Source: an uncultured Candidatus Planktophila sp. | GTDB taxonomy: Bacteria; Actinomycetota; Actinomycetes; Nanopelagicales; Nanopelagicaceae | Assembly (NCBI GenBank): GCA_964624105.1 | Contig: CAZUWN010000001.1 | Location: 1-37,638 of the forward strand | Direction: 5' to 3' | Length of the DNA: 37,638 nt | Part shown: positions 1 through 8,443 of the stretch, piece by piece | Position numbering within the stretch: position 1 is the stretch's first letter | Layout of the letters: each line of letters begins with the position of its first letter | Notes under the pieces: generated by a model | The model's database searches: none | What the model saw: only the letters and a program-made list of their open reading frames with translations | Told to the model about the DNA's origin: nothing | Program-made: the position numbers and the translations under genes

Positions 1-1
1 C

Positions 2-220
2 AAACGTCCACTCATTGAAGTTACTTTCTTAGGTAAGGCCGCGACCTTTAATCTCCTATATGCCTTCCCGTTTCTATTGCTAGCACTTTCGGATTCTTGG
101 CTCGGCACATTGGCCTTCGTTTTGGGCTGGGCCTTTGCAATTTGGGGAACAGCCCTTTATCTCGTCACGGGTTTTTCATATTTCATAAATGCGATATCCC
201 GTACTAAGGTTCGGCCATAA
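2..220 (+). CDS. CDP-alcohol phosphatidyltransferase family protein, C-terminal part (5' truncated by window edge)
   Basis: Manual translation of frame 2 gives KRPLIEVTFLGKAATFNLLYAFPFLLL...WAFAIWGTALY...KVRP*, with stop TAA at 218-220. The GKAATFxLLYAFP segment and the position upstream of gcvH match actinobacterial PgsA2-type genes. Confidence 0.8.
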   Translation, partial: KRPLIEVTFLGKAATFNLLYAFPFLLLALSDSWLGTLAFVLGWAFAIWGTALYLVTGFSYFINAISRTKVRP

Positions 221-265
221 TTCTTTTTGATTTAACTTAGTGACAACTTAGAGAAATGGCGCGAA

Positions 266-646
266 ATGTCTAACATTCCAGCAGATTTGAAATACACCAA
301 AGAGCACGAATGGGTACGCGATTTGGCAACTGCTGGCACTGTTTCGATGGGAATTACTGACTTCGCGCAAGGCGCCCTTGGCGACATTGTGTATGTGCAA
401 TTGCCAAAAGTTGGCGATGCAATAGTTAGCGGCAAGGTTTGCGGCGAAGTTGAATCAACCAAGAGCGTCTCGGAAATTTTTGCACCCGTTACTGGAAAAG
501 TAATTGCGATCAATGATTCACTATCTAATTCACCAGAATTTATCAACTCTGATCCATACAACGCAGGCTGGCTACTGGAAATCGAACTCACAGAAGCTGC
601 CAACGATCTGCTAACCCCAGCGGAATACGGACAAATCACCGCTTGA
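266..646 (+). CDS. gcvH: Glycine cleavage system H protein
   Basis: YTKEHEW, GITDFAQGALGDIVYV, lipoyl-lysine motif VESTKSVSE, INSDPY..GWL. Confidence 0.97.
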   Translation: MSNIPADLKYTKEHEWVRDLATAGTVSMGITDFAQGALGDIVYVQLPKVGDAIVSGKVCGEVESTKSVSEIFAPVTGKVIAINDSLSNSPEFINSDPYNAGWLLEIELTEAANDLLTPAEYGQITA

Positions 647-649
647 CCT

Positions 650-695
650 AACCCTCGACTCTAAATAGGGTAAGCCTTCAGTTAAGGATGAAGTT
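650..695. promoter_or_regulatory. Candidate MerR-family operator(s)/promoter upstream of FHA gene
   Basis: Imperfect inverted repeats ACCCT-N11-AGGGT (651-671) and CTTCA-N8-TGAAG (676-693). TAGGGT at 666-671 fits a TAnnnT -10. Confidence 0.4.
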
Positions 696-735
696 GAAAT
701 TCAAACTTTCATCACTTGGAATTGGGGGAGTGATT

Positions 736-1212
736 ATGACTGCAGCTGAAGTAGAGCGCGAAGTCACCACCACCATCTCACTCGGAGTTCGGCCAGTAGT
801 TGATGGTCAAGTAAATCTTGATACTTTAATTCAATCCCTTGATGCTGATAATCAAAAGGTTGTTGCTCAAGTATTAGCTGCTTCTGAACCGACTGCGCTA
901 TTACTAGTCCTAAAAGGTGCCGGACGTGGCAATCGTTTCATGGTTGATAAGGCCGGAACCACAATTGGTCGCGCTGCTGATTCGGGCATTTTCTTAGATG
1001 ACATCACTGTTTCTCGTAAGCACGCAACAATCAATTTTGATCAAGACTTTAGTTTCACTGATGCCGGCAGCCTTAACGGGTCATATTTGAATAATGAGCG
1101 GGCAACAACTTCGGTTTTGAAATCAGGCGATGAGATTCAAATTGGAAAGTTTCATTTAGTTTTTATTAGCAATAGAAGTAGTAGCACTAATTCCCAGTCA
1201 GATAACAAGTAA
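736..1212 (+). CDS. FHA-domain protein (GarA/OdhI-like)
   Basis: FHA motifs TTIGRAADSGIFLDDITVSRKHA, DAGSLNGSYLN and GDEIQIGKF. N-terminal EVTTTIS resembles the GarA ETTS phosphosite. ATG at 736 follows a GGGGAG RBS and is preferred over the ORF-track start at 688. Confidence 0.88.
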   Translation: MTAAEVEREVTTTISLGVRPVVDGQVNLDTLIQSLDADNQKVVAQVLAASEPTALLLVLKGAGRGNRFMVDKAGTTIGRAADSGIFLDDITVSRKHATINFDQDFSFTDAGSLNGSYLNNERATTSVLKSGDEIQIGKFHLVFISNRSSSTNSQSDNK

Positions 1213-1233
1213 GAAAACAACGGAGATCATAAG

Positions 1234-1956
1234 ATGAGCGTTCCAGCACGGGCATACCTCAGCATCGGTGAAGTTCTAAATAAGCTTCGCGGTGATTTTG
1301 CGGATATCACGATCTCCAAGATTCGTTTCCTAGAATCTGAAGGATTAATTGATCCGCAGCGAACCCCATCTGGTTATCGCAAATTCACTTCTACCGATCT
1401 TGACCGCCTGCGCTATGTGCTGCTTGCACAACGCGATCAGTATTTGCCACTACGTGTTATCAAGGAAAATCTTGATGCGATTGATCGTGGTCTACAACCT
1501 TCCGCTACTGGGGGAGCCGCAGCACCTCGACCACAACTTGGTCTGGCGACTGTCGATGGCGAGTTCGCACCATCTTCATTTGGCGACACCAACGACTTAC
1601 GACTTAGCCGCGAAGAGCTTTTGAAGTCATCTGGCATCAATGATGATCAACTTACCGAGCTTGAATCATTTGGTTTGATCACAGTTCGCGGCCGTCACTA
1701 TGACGCCGATGCTTTGGCCATCGCCCAGGCAGTTTCAGAGATGGCTGCTTTCGGTATCGAGCCTCGACACATGCGTTCATTTAAGTCAGCGGCCGATCGC
1801 GAAATTGGTTTGATCGAGCAAGTTATTACTCCGCTCGTGCGCCAGAAGAGCACCGAGTCAAAAGCTCGCGCCGAAGAAGTCACCAAGGAAATTGCAGCAC
1901 TTTCAATTCGACTACATGCCTCGTTGGTACGTAGCGGTCTACATCGCTTCCGCTAA
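1234..1956 (+). CDS. MerR-family transcriptional regulator (FtsR/Rv1828-like)
   Basis: LSIGEVL...DITISKIRFLESEGLI.PQRTPSGYRKF...QRDQYLPLRVIKE and GIEPRHMRSFKSAADRE; conserved position after the FHA gene. Confidence 0.9.
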   Translation: MSVPARAYLSIGEVLNKLRGDFADITISKIRFLESEGLIDPQRTPSGYRKFTSTDLDRLRYVLLAQRDQYLPLRVIKENLDAIDRGLQPSATGGAAAPRPQLGLATVDGEFAPSSFGDTNDLRLSREELLKSSGINDDQLTELESFGLITVRGRHYDADALAIAQAVSEMAAFGIEPRHMRSFKSAADREIGLIEQVITPLVRQKSTESKARAEEVTKEIAALSIRLHASLVRSGLHRFR

Positions 1957-1960
1957 AGAG

Positions 1961-2479
1961 ATGTCCTCTGAAATGATTCCGATGGAGGTCATCGGCGTGC
2001 GCGTCGAGATGCCATCTAATCAACCGATAATTCTGCTGCGTGAAATTGATGGCACCCGGTTCCTGCCGATCTGGGTCGGGGCAGTAGAGGCGACAGCGAT
2101 TGCATTCGCTCAACAAGGTCTTGAGCCACCTCGCCCGTTAACTCATGACTTAATGGCGCAGCTATTTGAGAAGTTCGATGCCAGTTTGGTTGCCGTGCAT
2201 ATCAACGAACTACGCGATGGTGTTTTCTATTCAACTTTGCAGATGCGCGATTCTCTGGCTAACTTAGTACAGCTATCAGCTCGGCCATCTGATGCCGTAG
2301 CCCTGGCACTTAGAACTCAAAGCAATATTCTGGCCAGCTCTGACTTGTTAGATACGGCGGGCATTGAGATCCCAGATGGCGCCGTGGTAGATGAGGGCGA
2401 TTCAGGTGATCAGATTGTCGAACTAGAGGCTTTCCGCGAATTCCTAGAGGGCATCAATCCAGATGATTTCAAGGGATAG
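1961..2479 (+). CDS. Bifunctional nuclease family protein (DUF151)
   Basis: VIGVRVEMPSNQPIILLRE, LPIWVGAVEATAIA, PRPLTHDL, SARPSDAVALALR, FREFL..INPDDF. Start is 1961 or 1973 rather than 1892. Confidence 0.92.
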   Translation: MSSEMIPMEVIGVRVEMPSNQPIILLREIDGTRFLPIWVGAVEATAIAFAQQGLEPPRPLTHDLMAQLFEKFDASLVAVHINELRDGVFYSTLQMRDSLANLVQLSARPSDAVALALRTQSNILASSDLLDTAGIEIPDGAVVDEGDSGDQIVELEAFREFLEGINPDDFKG

Positions 2480-2495
2480 TTGAGCGTAAAACTCT

Positions 2496-2529
2496 AAACC
2501 TAAAGTAGAGGTTTTGACCGTGTCGGTCA
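2496..2529. promoter_or_regulatory. Two adjacent inverted repeats upstream of second MerR gene (candidate operators)
   Basis: AAACCT-N7-AGGTTT (2496-2514) immediately followed by TGACCG-TGT-CGGTCA (2515-2529). Confidence 0.5.
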
Positions 2530-2605
2530 TTGCAACGGTGTAATTCGACTCCTACTCTTTAGCCATTAGACCCCACTAATAATTAATCGAAATGAGTTCC
2601 CCCTC

Positions 2606-3106
2606 ATGAGTCAGACTGACTTCGAAATTGGCTACCGCGGCGCTACTGCATGTGCCGCAGCTGGAATTACTTATCGCCAACTCGATTATTGGGCGCGCAC
2701 AGCTTTAGTAGAACCAAGTATTCGTAGCGCCGGGGGATCCGGAACTCAACGCCTGTATGGCTTTCGCGACATTTTGGTTTTAAAAATTGTTAAGCGTTTA
2801 TTAGATGCCGGAGTATCACTACAAAATATTCGCACCGCAGTTGATCACTTGCGCGGTCGCGGTGTTACTGAATTAGAGCGCATTACTTTGATGTCTGATG
2901 GTGCTTCGATCTATGAGTGCGCCAGTGCTGATGAGATGTATGACTTGGTGCAAGGTGGTCAAGGAGTATTCGGAATCGCGGTAGGAAAAGTTTGGCACGA
3001 AGTTGAAGGCTCACTTTCAAACCTTCAAGGTGAGGTTAATGGTCAAGTAGTTGGTGGCGAAAATAACGACGAGCTGTCGCAACGTCGGGCGCGCAAAGGG
3101 GCGTAA
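2606..3106 (+). CDS. MerR-family transcriptional regulator (Rv1830-like)
   Basis: GYRGATACAAAGITYRQLDYWART.LV.PSIRSA.GSGTQRLY, KRLLDAGVSLQNIR, GGQGVFGIAV, DELSQRRARK. Confidence 0.92.
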   Translation: MSQTDFEIGYRGATACAAAGITYRQLDYWARTALVEPSIRSAGGSGTQRLYGFRDILVLKIVKRLLDAGVSLQNIRTAVDHLRGRGVTELERITLMSDGASIYECASADEMYDLVQGGQGVFGIAVGKVWHEVEGSLSNLQGEVNGQVVGGENNDELSQRRARKGA

Positions 3107-3127
3107 TCGCCCGTATCCTGCTCACCT

Positions 3128-3166
3128 TACTGATCGCTGATCAGTAGTTCTTTTGAGACCTAGGGT
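3128..3166 (+). promoter_or_regulatory. Perfect 8-bp inverted repeat plus -10 box upstream of gcvP
   Basis: TACTGATC-GCT-GATCAGTA (3128-3146) followed by GTTCTTTT. TAGGGT at 3161-3166 lies 8 nt before the ATG. Confidence 0.45.
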
Positions 3167-3174
3167 GACATTGC

Positions 3175-6045
3175 ATGAGCACGCACGAGAATTTTGAATC
3201 ACGCCACATTGGGCCCTCGCTGGAACAAGAGGCAACCATGTTGCACGAGCTCGGGTTTGCAGATTTAGATTCATTTATCAAATCAGTGGTTCCTGAAAAT
3301 ATTGCTATGGGGCAGCGGTTAGCCGATGTATTGCCTGCTGCGCTTTCAGAAGTAGAAACAATTGCAGAGTTGCGCAAGCTCGCAAACCAGAATCAAGTCT
3401 TTGATTCATTTATCGGTACTGGATATTACGGAACAATTACGCCAGCTGTTATTTTGCGAAATGTTTTAGAAAATCCCGCTTGGTACACCGCATATACGCC
3501 TTACCAACCAGAAATTTCCCAAGGTCGTCTCGAAGCGCTTTTCGCTTTTCAAACTGCGGTCTGTGATTTAACTTCGCTACCGATTGCTAATGCCTCGATG
3601 CTTGATGAGGGAACTGCAGCGGCTGAAGCGATGACTCTTGCCCGTCGGGTATTTAGCGGAGCAGATTCAGCCGTCTTCTTAATCGATAAATTCTTGCATC
3701 CACAAACAAAGGCCGTTGTTGCTACTCGCGCCAAACCGCTAGCAATTGAAATTGTCGAATTTGATCCGAGCGAACCGCTCACGAATATTTCTAATCAAGA
3801 AGTTTTTGGCGTGTTAGTTCAATATCCAAATACCAATGGTGAGATTTTGGATTATTCATCACTGTCTGCGTGGGCGCACGAACGTAACGCTCTGCTAATT
3901 GCAGCGACAGATTTGATGGCGCTGACCTTGTTAACACCACCAGGGGAGTGGGGCGCAGATATTGCAGTTGGTTCGGCGCAACGCTTTGGCGTGCCGATGG
4001 GATTTGGCGGACCTCACGCTGGGTTTATGGCCGTGCGCAGCGGGCTAGAGCGCTCAATGCCGGGTCGACTAATCGGGCAAAGCCTGGATGCACATGGCAA
4101 TCCAGCCTTCCGGTTAGCTCTGCAAACTCGCGAACAACATATCCGTCGCGATAAGGCGACCAGCAATATTTGTACTGCCCAAGTTCTCTTGGCAGTAATG
4201 AGTGCCTTCTATGCGATGTGGCATGGCGCTGATGGTTTGAAAGTTATCGCTAATCGCATCCACGCCCAAACTGATTCTTTGGTTAAGGCGCTACAAACAA
4301 GTGATCATAAAGTTTTGACCAAGAATTTCTTTGACACGGTTTTGATCGAAGTAAAAGACGCTGCGTTAATTCATCGCACAGCAAGAGCGCTACGAATCAA
4401 TTTACGTGAAGTATCAGCAAATGTGGTCGGTATTTCATTTGATGAAACAATTACGGCTGATCACCTAGTTCGAATTGGTCAGATCTTTGGCGTAAGCATT
4501 TCGACACCGTCGCGCGAAGTTGCGATCAGTAGCGCTCGTAAGAGTTCGTTCCTAACGCACCCAATCTTTTCAACAAACCGCTCTGAAACTTCCATGATGC
4601 GTTATTTGCGCACATTGGCAGATCGTGATTTAGCGCTAGATCGCACCATGATTCCATTGGGGTCGTGCACTATGAAATTAAATGCAGCTACCGAGATGGA
4701 AGCTGTCACTTGGCCAGAATTCTCAAGCCTGCATCCATTTGCACCGGCCGAGCAAAGTGCCGGATCACGTCAATTAATCAAAGAGTTAAGCGATTGGTTA
4801 ATTGCAATTACGGGATATGACGCTGTATCGCTGCAGCCAAATGCTGGTAGCCAAGGGGAGTTCGCTGGCCTATTAGCAATTCGCAATTATCACGATTCCC
4901 GAGGCGACCAAGCTCGCAAGATTTGTTTGATTCCATCGAGTGCACATGGAACTAATGCAGCGAGTGCGGTTATGGCGGGAATGAAAGTTGTCGTAATTGA
5001 ATGTGATGCTGAAGGAAATGTAAGTATCGAAGATCTTGAAGCTAAGATCGCAGCGCACAGTGGGGAAGTGGCTGCGTTGATGGTTACTTATCCATCGACT
5101 CATGGTGTATTTGAAGTTGAAATCTCACGAATCTGCGCACTTATTCATGATGCGGGCGGCCAGGTATATGTTGATGGCGCGAATTTGAATGCTTTGGTTG
5201 GTTTAGCCCAACCTGGAAAATTCGGGGCAGATGTATCGCACTTGAATTTGCATAAAACATTTTGTATTCCCCATGGCGGTGGCGGTCCAGGCGTTGGTCC
5301 GGTAATTACTCGCGCCCACTTGGCACCTTTCTTGCCGAACCATCCAATGGATGTCTTAGCTGGCCCTGCAACTGGGCCTGGCCCAATTTCGGCCGCTCCT
5401 TTTGGCTCAGCCAGCATCTTGCCAATTAGTTGGGCATATATTCGCTTGATGGGTGGCGCGGGCCTTACTCATGCAACCCAAGTCGCGATTCTTTCGGCCA
5501 ACTACATCGCTCGTAAGTTGCAGAACGATTTCCCAGTTCTCTACACCGGCGCCAATGGTTTGGTCGCGCACGAGTGCATCCTTGATCTACGTGAGATCAC
5601 CAAGATCAGTGGCGTGAGTGTTGATGACATCGCCAAGCGCCTTATGGATTATGGCTTCCATGCGCCGACAATGAGTTTCCCGGTAGCTGGCACCTTCATG
5701 ATCGAGCCGACTGAGAGTGAAGATATTGCCGAGTTAGACCGCTTTATTGCGGCCATGAAGGCGATTCGGGCCGAGATTGATCAGATCATAGAAGGTAAAG
5801 TAGAGGTTGAGGGTTCAGCGCTAAGAAATGCGCCTCACACCATTGAGGCAGTTTTAGATCCTAATTGGGATCGTGCCTATAGCCGCACCATGGGCGCCAC
5901 GCCTGGAGCCCGAGAGGGGCTTATTTCGGGTGAGTTAATCGGTACTCGCGGTAAGTATTTTCCTACCGTCGGTCGTGTCGATGGAGTTCATGGCGACCGG
6001 AACTTGATCTGTTCTTGTACACCAATAGCTGAATACGCTGAATAA
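3175..6045 (+). CDS. gcvP: Glycine dehydrogenase (decarboxylating), P protein
   Basis: [42 protein letters not shown]-lysine motif [19 protein letters not shown]; 956 aa. Confidence 0.98.
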   Translation: MSTHENFESRHIGPSLEQEATMLHELGFADLDSFIKSVVPENIAMGQRLADVLPAALSEVETIAELRKLANQNQVFDSFIGTGYYGTITPAVILRNVLENPAWYTAYTPYQPEISQGRLEALFAFQTAVCDLTSLPIANASMLDEGTAAAEAMTLARRVFSGADSAVFLIDKFLHPQTKAVVATRAKPLAIEIVEFDPSEPLTNISNQEVFGVLVQYPNTNGEILDYSSLSAWAHERNALLIAATDLMALTLLTPPGEWGADIAVGSAQRFGVPMGFGGPHAGFMAVRSGLERSMPGRLIGQSLDAHGNPAFRLALQTREQHIRRDKATSNICTAQVLLAVMSAFYAMWHGADGLKVIANRIHAQTDSLVKALQTSDHKVLTKNFFDTVLIEVKDAALIHRTARALRINLREVSANVVGISFDETITADHLVRIGQIFGVSISTPSREVAISSARKSSFLTHPIFSTNRSETSMMRYLRTLADRDLALDRTMIPLGSCTMKLNAATEMEAVTWPEFSSLHPFAPAEQSAGSRQLIKELSDWLIAITGYDAVSLQPNAGSQGEFAGLLAIRNYHDSRGDQARKICLIPSSAHGTNAASAVMAGMKVVVIECDAEGNVSIEDLEAKIAAHSGEVAALMVTYPSTHGVFEVEISRICALIHDAGGQVYVDGANLNALVGLAQPGKFGADVSHLNLHKTFCIPHGGGGPGVGPVITRAHLAPFLPNHPMDVLAGPATGPGPISAAPFGSASILPISWAYIRLMGGAGLTHATQVAILSANYIARKLQNDFPVLYTGANGLVAHECILDLREITKISGVSVDDIAKRLMDYGFHAPTMSFPVAGTFMIEPTESEDIAELDRFIAAMKAIRAEIDQIIEGKVEVEGSALRNAPHTIEAVLDPNWDRAYSRTMGATPGAREGLISGELIGTRGKYFPTVGRVDGVHGDRNLICSCTPIAEYAE

Positions 6046-6091
6046 GAAGTAGTCGATTCACGCTCAAAAGGGGTAGTGGCTAGCTTCTTTT
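6044..6091. terminator. Possible terminator hairpin between convergent gcvP and lnt
   Basis: AAGAAG-TAGTC ... GGCTA-G-CTTCTT followed by TT; the stem is imperfect and the loop is large. Confidence 0.3.
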
Positions 6092-6108
6092 ACTTAACAT
6101 AATGTAAC

Positions 6109-7536
6109 TTATCGGCTTTTACCCACACGGGCGGCATAGCCCAAACCAGCCCCAAATCCCAGGCCGATCAGCAACACCAACACCCAAGCAAACTCGCCCA
6201 CTCGATCATAAATAGTTCGCGTGGCATTTAGTGCAACTGCTCCGTTGATGCTGGCAGCGATATTCTCTTTAGTTGATTTCAAAACGATGCCATTTGTGTC
6301 GATGATTGCCGAAATGCCAACTGTTGAAACGCTGACTGAATATCTGGCATGTTCGATACTTCGGATTCGAGTTATCGCCAATTGTTGGGCGCTTTCGGCG
6401 GTATTCGCAAAAGTCGCACTATTTGTCTGGACCACGAACAAGTTGCTCTGGTCAGCCGAGCTTTGAATTAGTCGATCATCAATCAACTCGAAACAGATAA
6501 TTGGCGCAATTTTCGCCTGACCCACCTGATGAATTACAGCTGATTTGCCGGGTGAAAAGTCCTCGACTTGGTTGGGCAAATCTGAGAAGAATGTCAATGC
6601 AGATCGCAGTGGCATGACCTCACCAAATGGCGTCAAATGTCGTTTTACATATCGCGTGGTTGCCCCAATTTTTGGTTCCCAAAGAATCGAAGCATTTTGC
6701 AATTGGCCATCAGTACGCAGAACTGCCCCAACGATTAAGGGAACTTCGGCTTTGTCGACTAACGAGGAAATTGCACTCCCGATTTTTGGATTGTTAAATG
6801 GATCTACATCAACGGAATTTTCTGGCCAAATAATCAGATTTGGTTTCTTTCCTTTGATCAGAGATTTCTCTGTCTCGGTTACATGTCGATAGAAAACTTC
6901 GGTAGCTCGCTCATTGAAATCAAGTCCTAATTTCGGAACTGAACCTTGCACGGCAAGAATTTGAAAAGTCTGACGCGGCGAATTATTTGGCAGAATAAAA
7001 ATTCCAGAAAGTGTCAGCGCGATTGCAATAGCTGGGAGAGTTATGCCACTTCCCCGCTTAGCTAACTGGAACGCTGCGACACCGAGTAAAAGCGTTGCCA
7101 ATGAAAGAAGTGACACTCCTCCGATGCTGGCAAGACGCGCATACGGTGCATCAGCTTGCGAGAATCCGATGCGCAACCAACCGAAACCACCAAATGGAAA
7201 ACGAGAACGTACTTCTTCTAGAGCTAGAAAGGCGACCGGAAGAAAGAAATACCAGGACTCCCCTATTCGTTTAAGGAAGCCCAGGGGCAGGTAGAAAACT
7301 GTTTGCAGCAGCACAAGTGCGATCCATGGCGTAATTCCGACGTATTTATTGCTCCAAATTAACCCTGCCGCATTGAAAGTAAATGCAAACAAGGCAAAGG
7401 AAGCGAAGTGTTTGCCATTGTTGTTGATGGTATAAATCAGAAGTGCGATTGCAAGCGGGGCGGCAAACCAGAGACCGATTGGCTTAAATGCAGCCGATAG
7501 CAATAGCCCGCTTAAGAATGAATAAAGCGCGAACAT
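6109..7536 (-). CDS. lnt: Apolipoprotein N-acyltransferase
   Basis: N-terminal TM helices, PFGGFGW..IGFSQ, and nitrilase triad motifs IWPENS, YVKRHLTPFGE, IICFE, plus QTNSATF. Likely start is the ATG at 7536. Confidence 0.93.
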   Translation of the reverse strand: MFALYSFLSGLLLSAAFKPIGLWFAAPLAIALLIYTINNNGKHFASFALFAFTFNAAGLIWSNKYVGITPWIALVLLQTVFYLPLGFLKRIGESWYFFLPVAFLALEEVRSRFPFGGFGWLRIGFSQADAPYARLASIGGVSLLSLATLLLGVAAFQLAKRGSGITLPAIAIALTLSGIFILPNNSPRQTFQILAVQGSVPKLGLDFNERATEVFYRHVTETEKSLIKGKKPNLIIWPENSVDVDPFNNPKIGSAISSLVDKAEVPLIVGAVLRTDGQLQNASILWEPKIGATTRYVKRHLTPFGEVMPLRSALTFFSDLPNQVEDFSPGKSAVIHQVGQAKIAPIICFELIDDRLIQSSADQSNLFVVQTNSATFANTAESAQQLAITRIRSIEHARYSVSVSTVGISAIIDTNGIVLKSTKENIAASINGAVALNATRTIYDRVGEFAWVLVLLIGLGFGAGLGYAARVGKSR

Positions 7537-7540
7537 GTAT

Positions 7541-8443
7541 TTACCAGCCAAGAGCTGCGATTAAACGATCAATACTTGCTCCAAGCCCGTATTGATCTTT
7601 GATTTGATAGAGCTTTGATAAGTCAGCCGGAGCTTTAGGCATTGATAAATCAACTTTAGGTAGTGGTGCATCTCGCGCGACCCGTACTAGTTTGGGCGCG
7701 ATACTTAAGTAATCGGCACCTGCAATAATTTTCTTCGCAAGGGCTGGCGGTAATGAATCGTGCGCTTCATGTGCTGCAGCGAGAGCATCTTCAACGGTGG
7801 CAAAATTATTAGCAATTACAGCGGCGCCTTTCTCGCCAATTCCCTTCACGCCAGGCAGTCCGTCCGATGGGTCGCCTCTGAACATTGCAAACAAATCATA
7901 ACGATCACCCGGAATTGAGTACTTCTCTGCGACGTATTTGATATCAACTAAATCATGCTGTGATATTCCCTTAGCTAAATAGACAACTTTAATATCGCGT
8001 TTGTCATCAACCATTTGGAATAGATCTCGATCACCAGTAACAATTCGAATCGGACCTGGTTCGACTTCGGCATAAGTTGCCATGACATCATCGGCCTCAT
8101 AGTCATCAACGCCAACAACTGGAATTCCAAAGAGATCGAGAATATCTAGCAGGATCGGAATCTGCGGAGTTAAAGTTTCTGGCTCGACTTCTTCTTCGCC
8201 TTCTTCTTCCAAACGATTAGCTTTATAAGCTGGGAAAATGTCAACGCGCCAACTTGGTCGCCAATCACCATCAAGGCAAGCCACTAATCGATTTGGTTTA
8301 TAGATGCCAACTAATCGCGCTGTCATATCTAGGTAACCACGAATTGCATTAACTGGCGTGCCATCAGGACCCAATAAAGTATCTGGCATTCCGTAGTAAG
8401 CGCGATACCAAAGCGAGGCACTATCAAGCAGCATTAAAGTCAT
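7541..8443 (-). CDS. 5'-3' exonuclease / flap endonuclease (stand-alone PolI N-domain-like)
   Basis: LLDSASLWYRAYYG, YKANR, YEADDVMAT, IVTGDRDLFQ, H3TH motif RGDPSDGLPGVKGIGEKGA. Confidence 0.92.
   Translation of the reverse strand: MTLMLLDSASLWYRAYYGMPDTLLGPDGTPVNAIRGYLDMTARLVGIYKPNRLVACLDGDWRPSWRVDIFPAYKANRLEEEGEEEVEPETLTPQIPILLDILDLFGIPVVGVDDYEADDVMATYAEVEPGPIRIVTGDRDLFQMVDDKRDIKVVYLAKGISQHDLVDIKYVAEKYSIPGDRYDLFAMFRGDPSDGLPGVKGIGEKGAAVIANNFATVEDALAAAHEAHDSLPPALAKKIIAGADYLSIAPKLVRVARDAPLPKVDLSMPKAPADLSKLYQIKDQYGLGASIDRLIAALGW

Noticed and set aside
232-639. 135-aa antisense ORF over gcvH, and similar short ORFs nested in gcvP, helY and metH
   Set aside because: They lie inside well-supported genes on the opposite strand or in another frame and have no independent evidence.
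1892-1960. N-terminal extension of DUF151 ORF
   Set aside because: It overlaps the end of the MerR gene; conserved sequence begins near 1961-1973.
2521-2542. TGTCGG as a second PafBC promoter
   Set aside because: The sequence at the required N10 spacing is GGTGTA, not TAnnnT.
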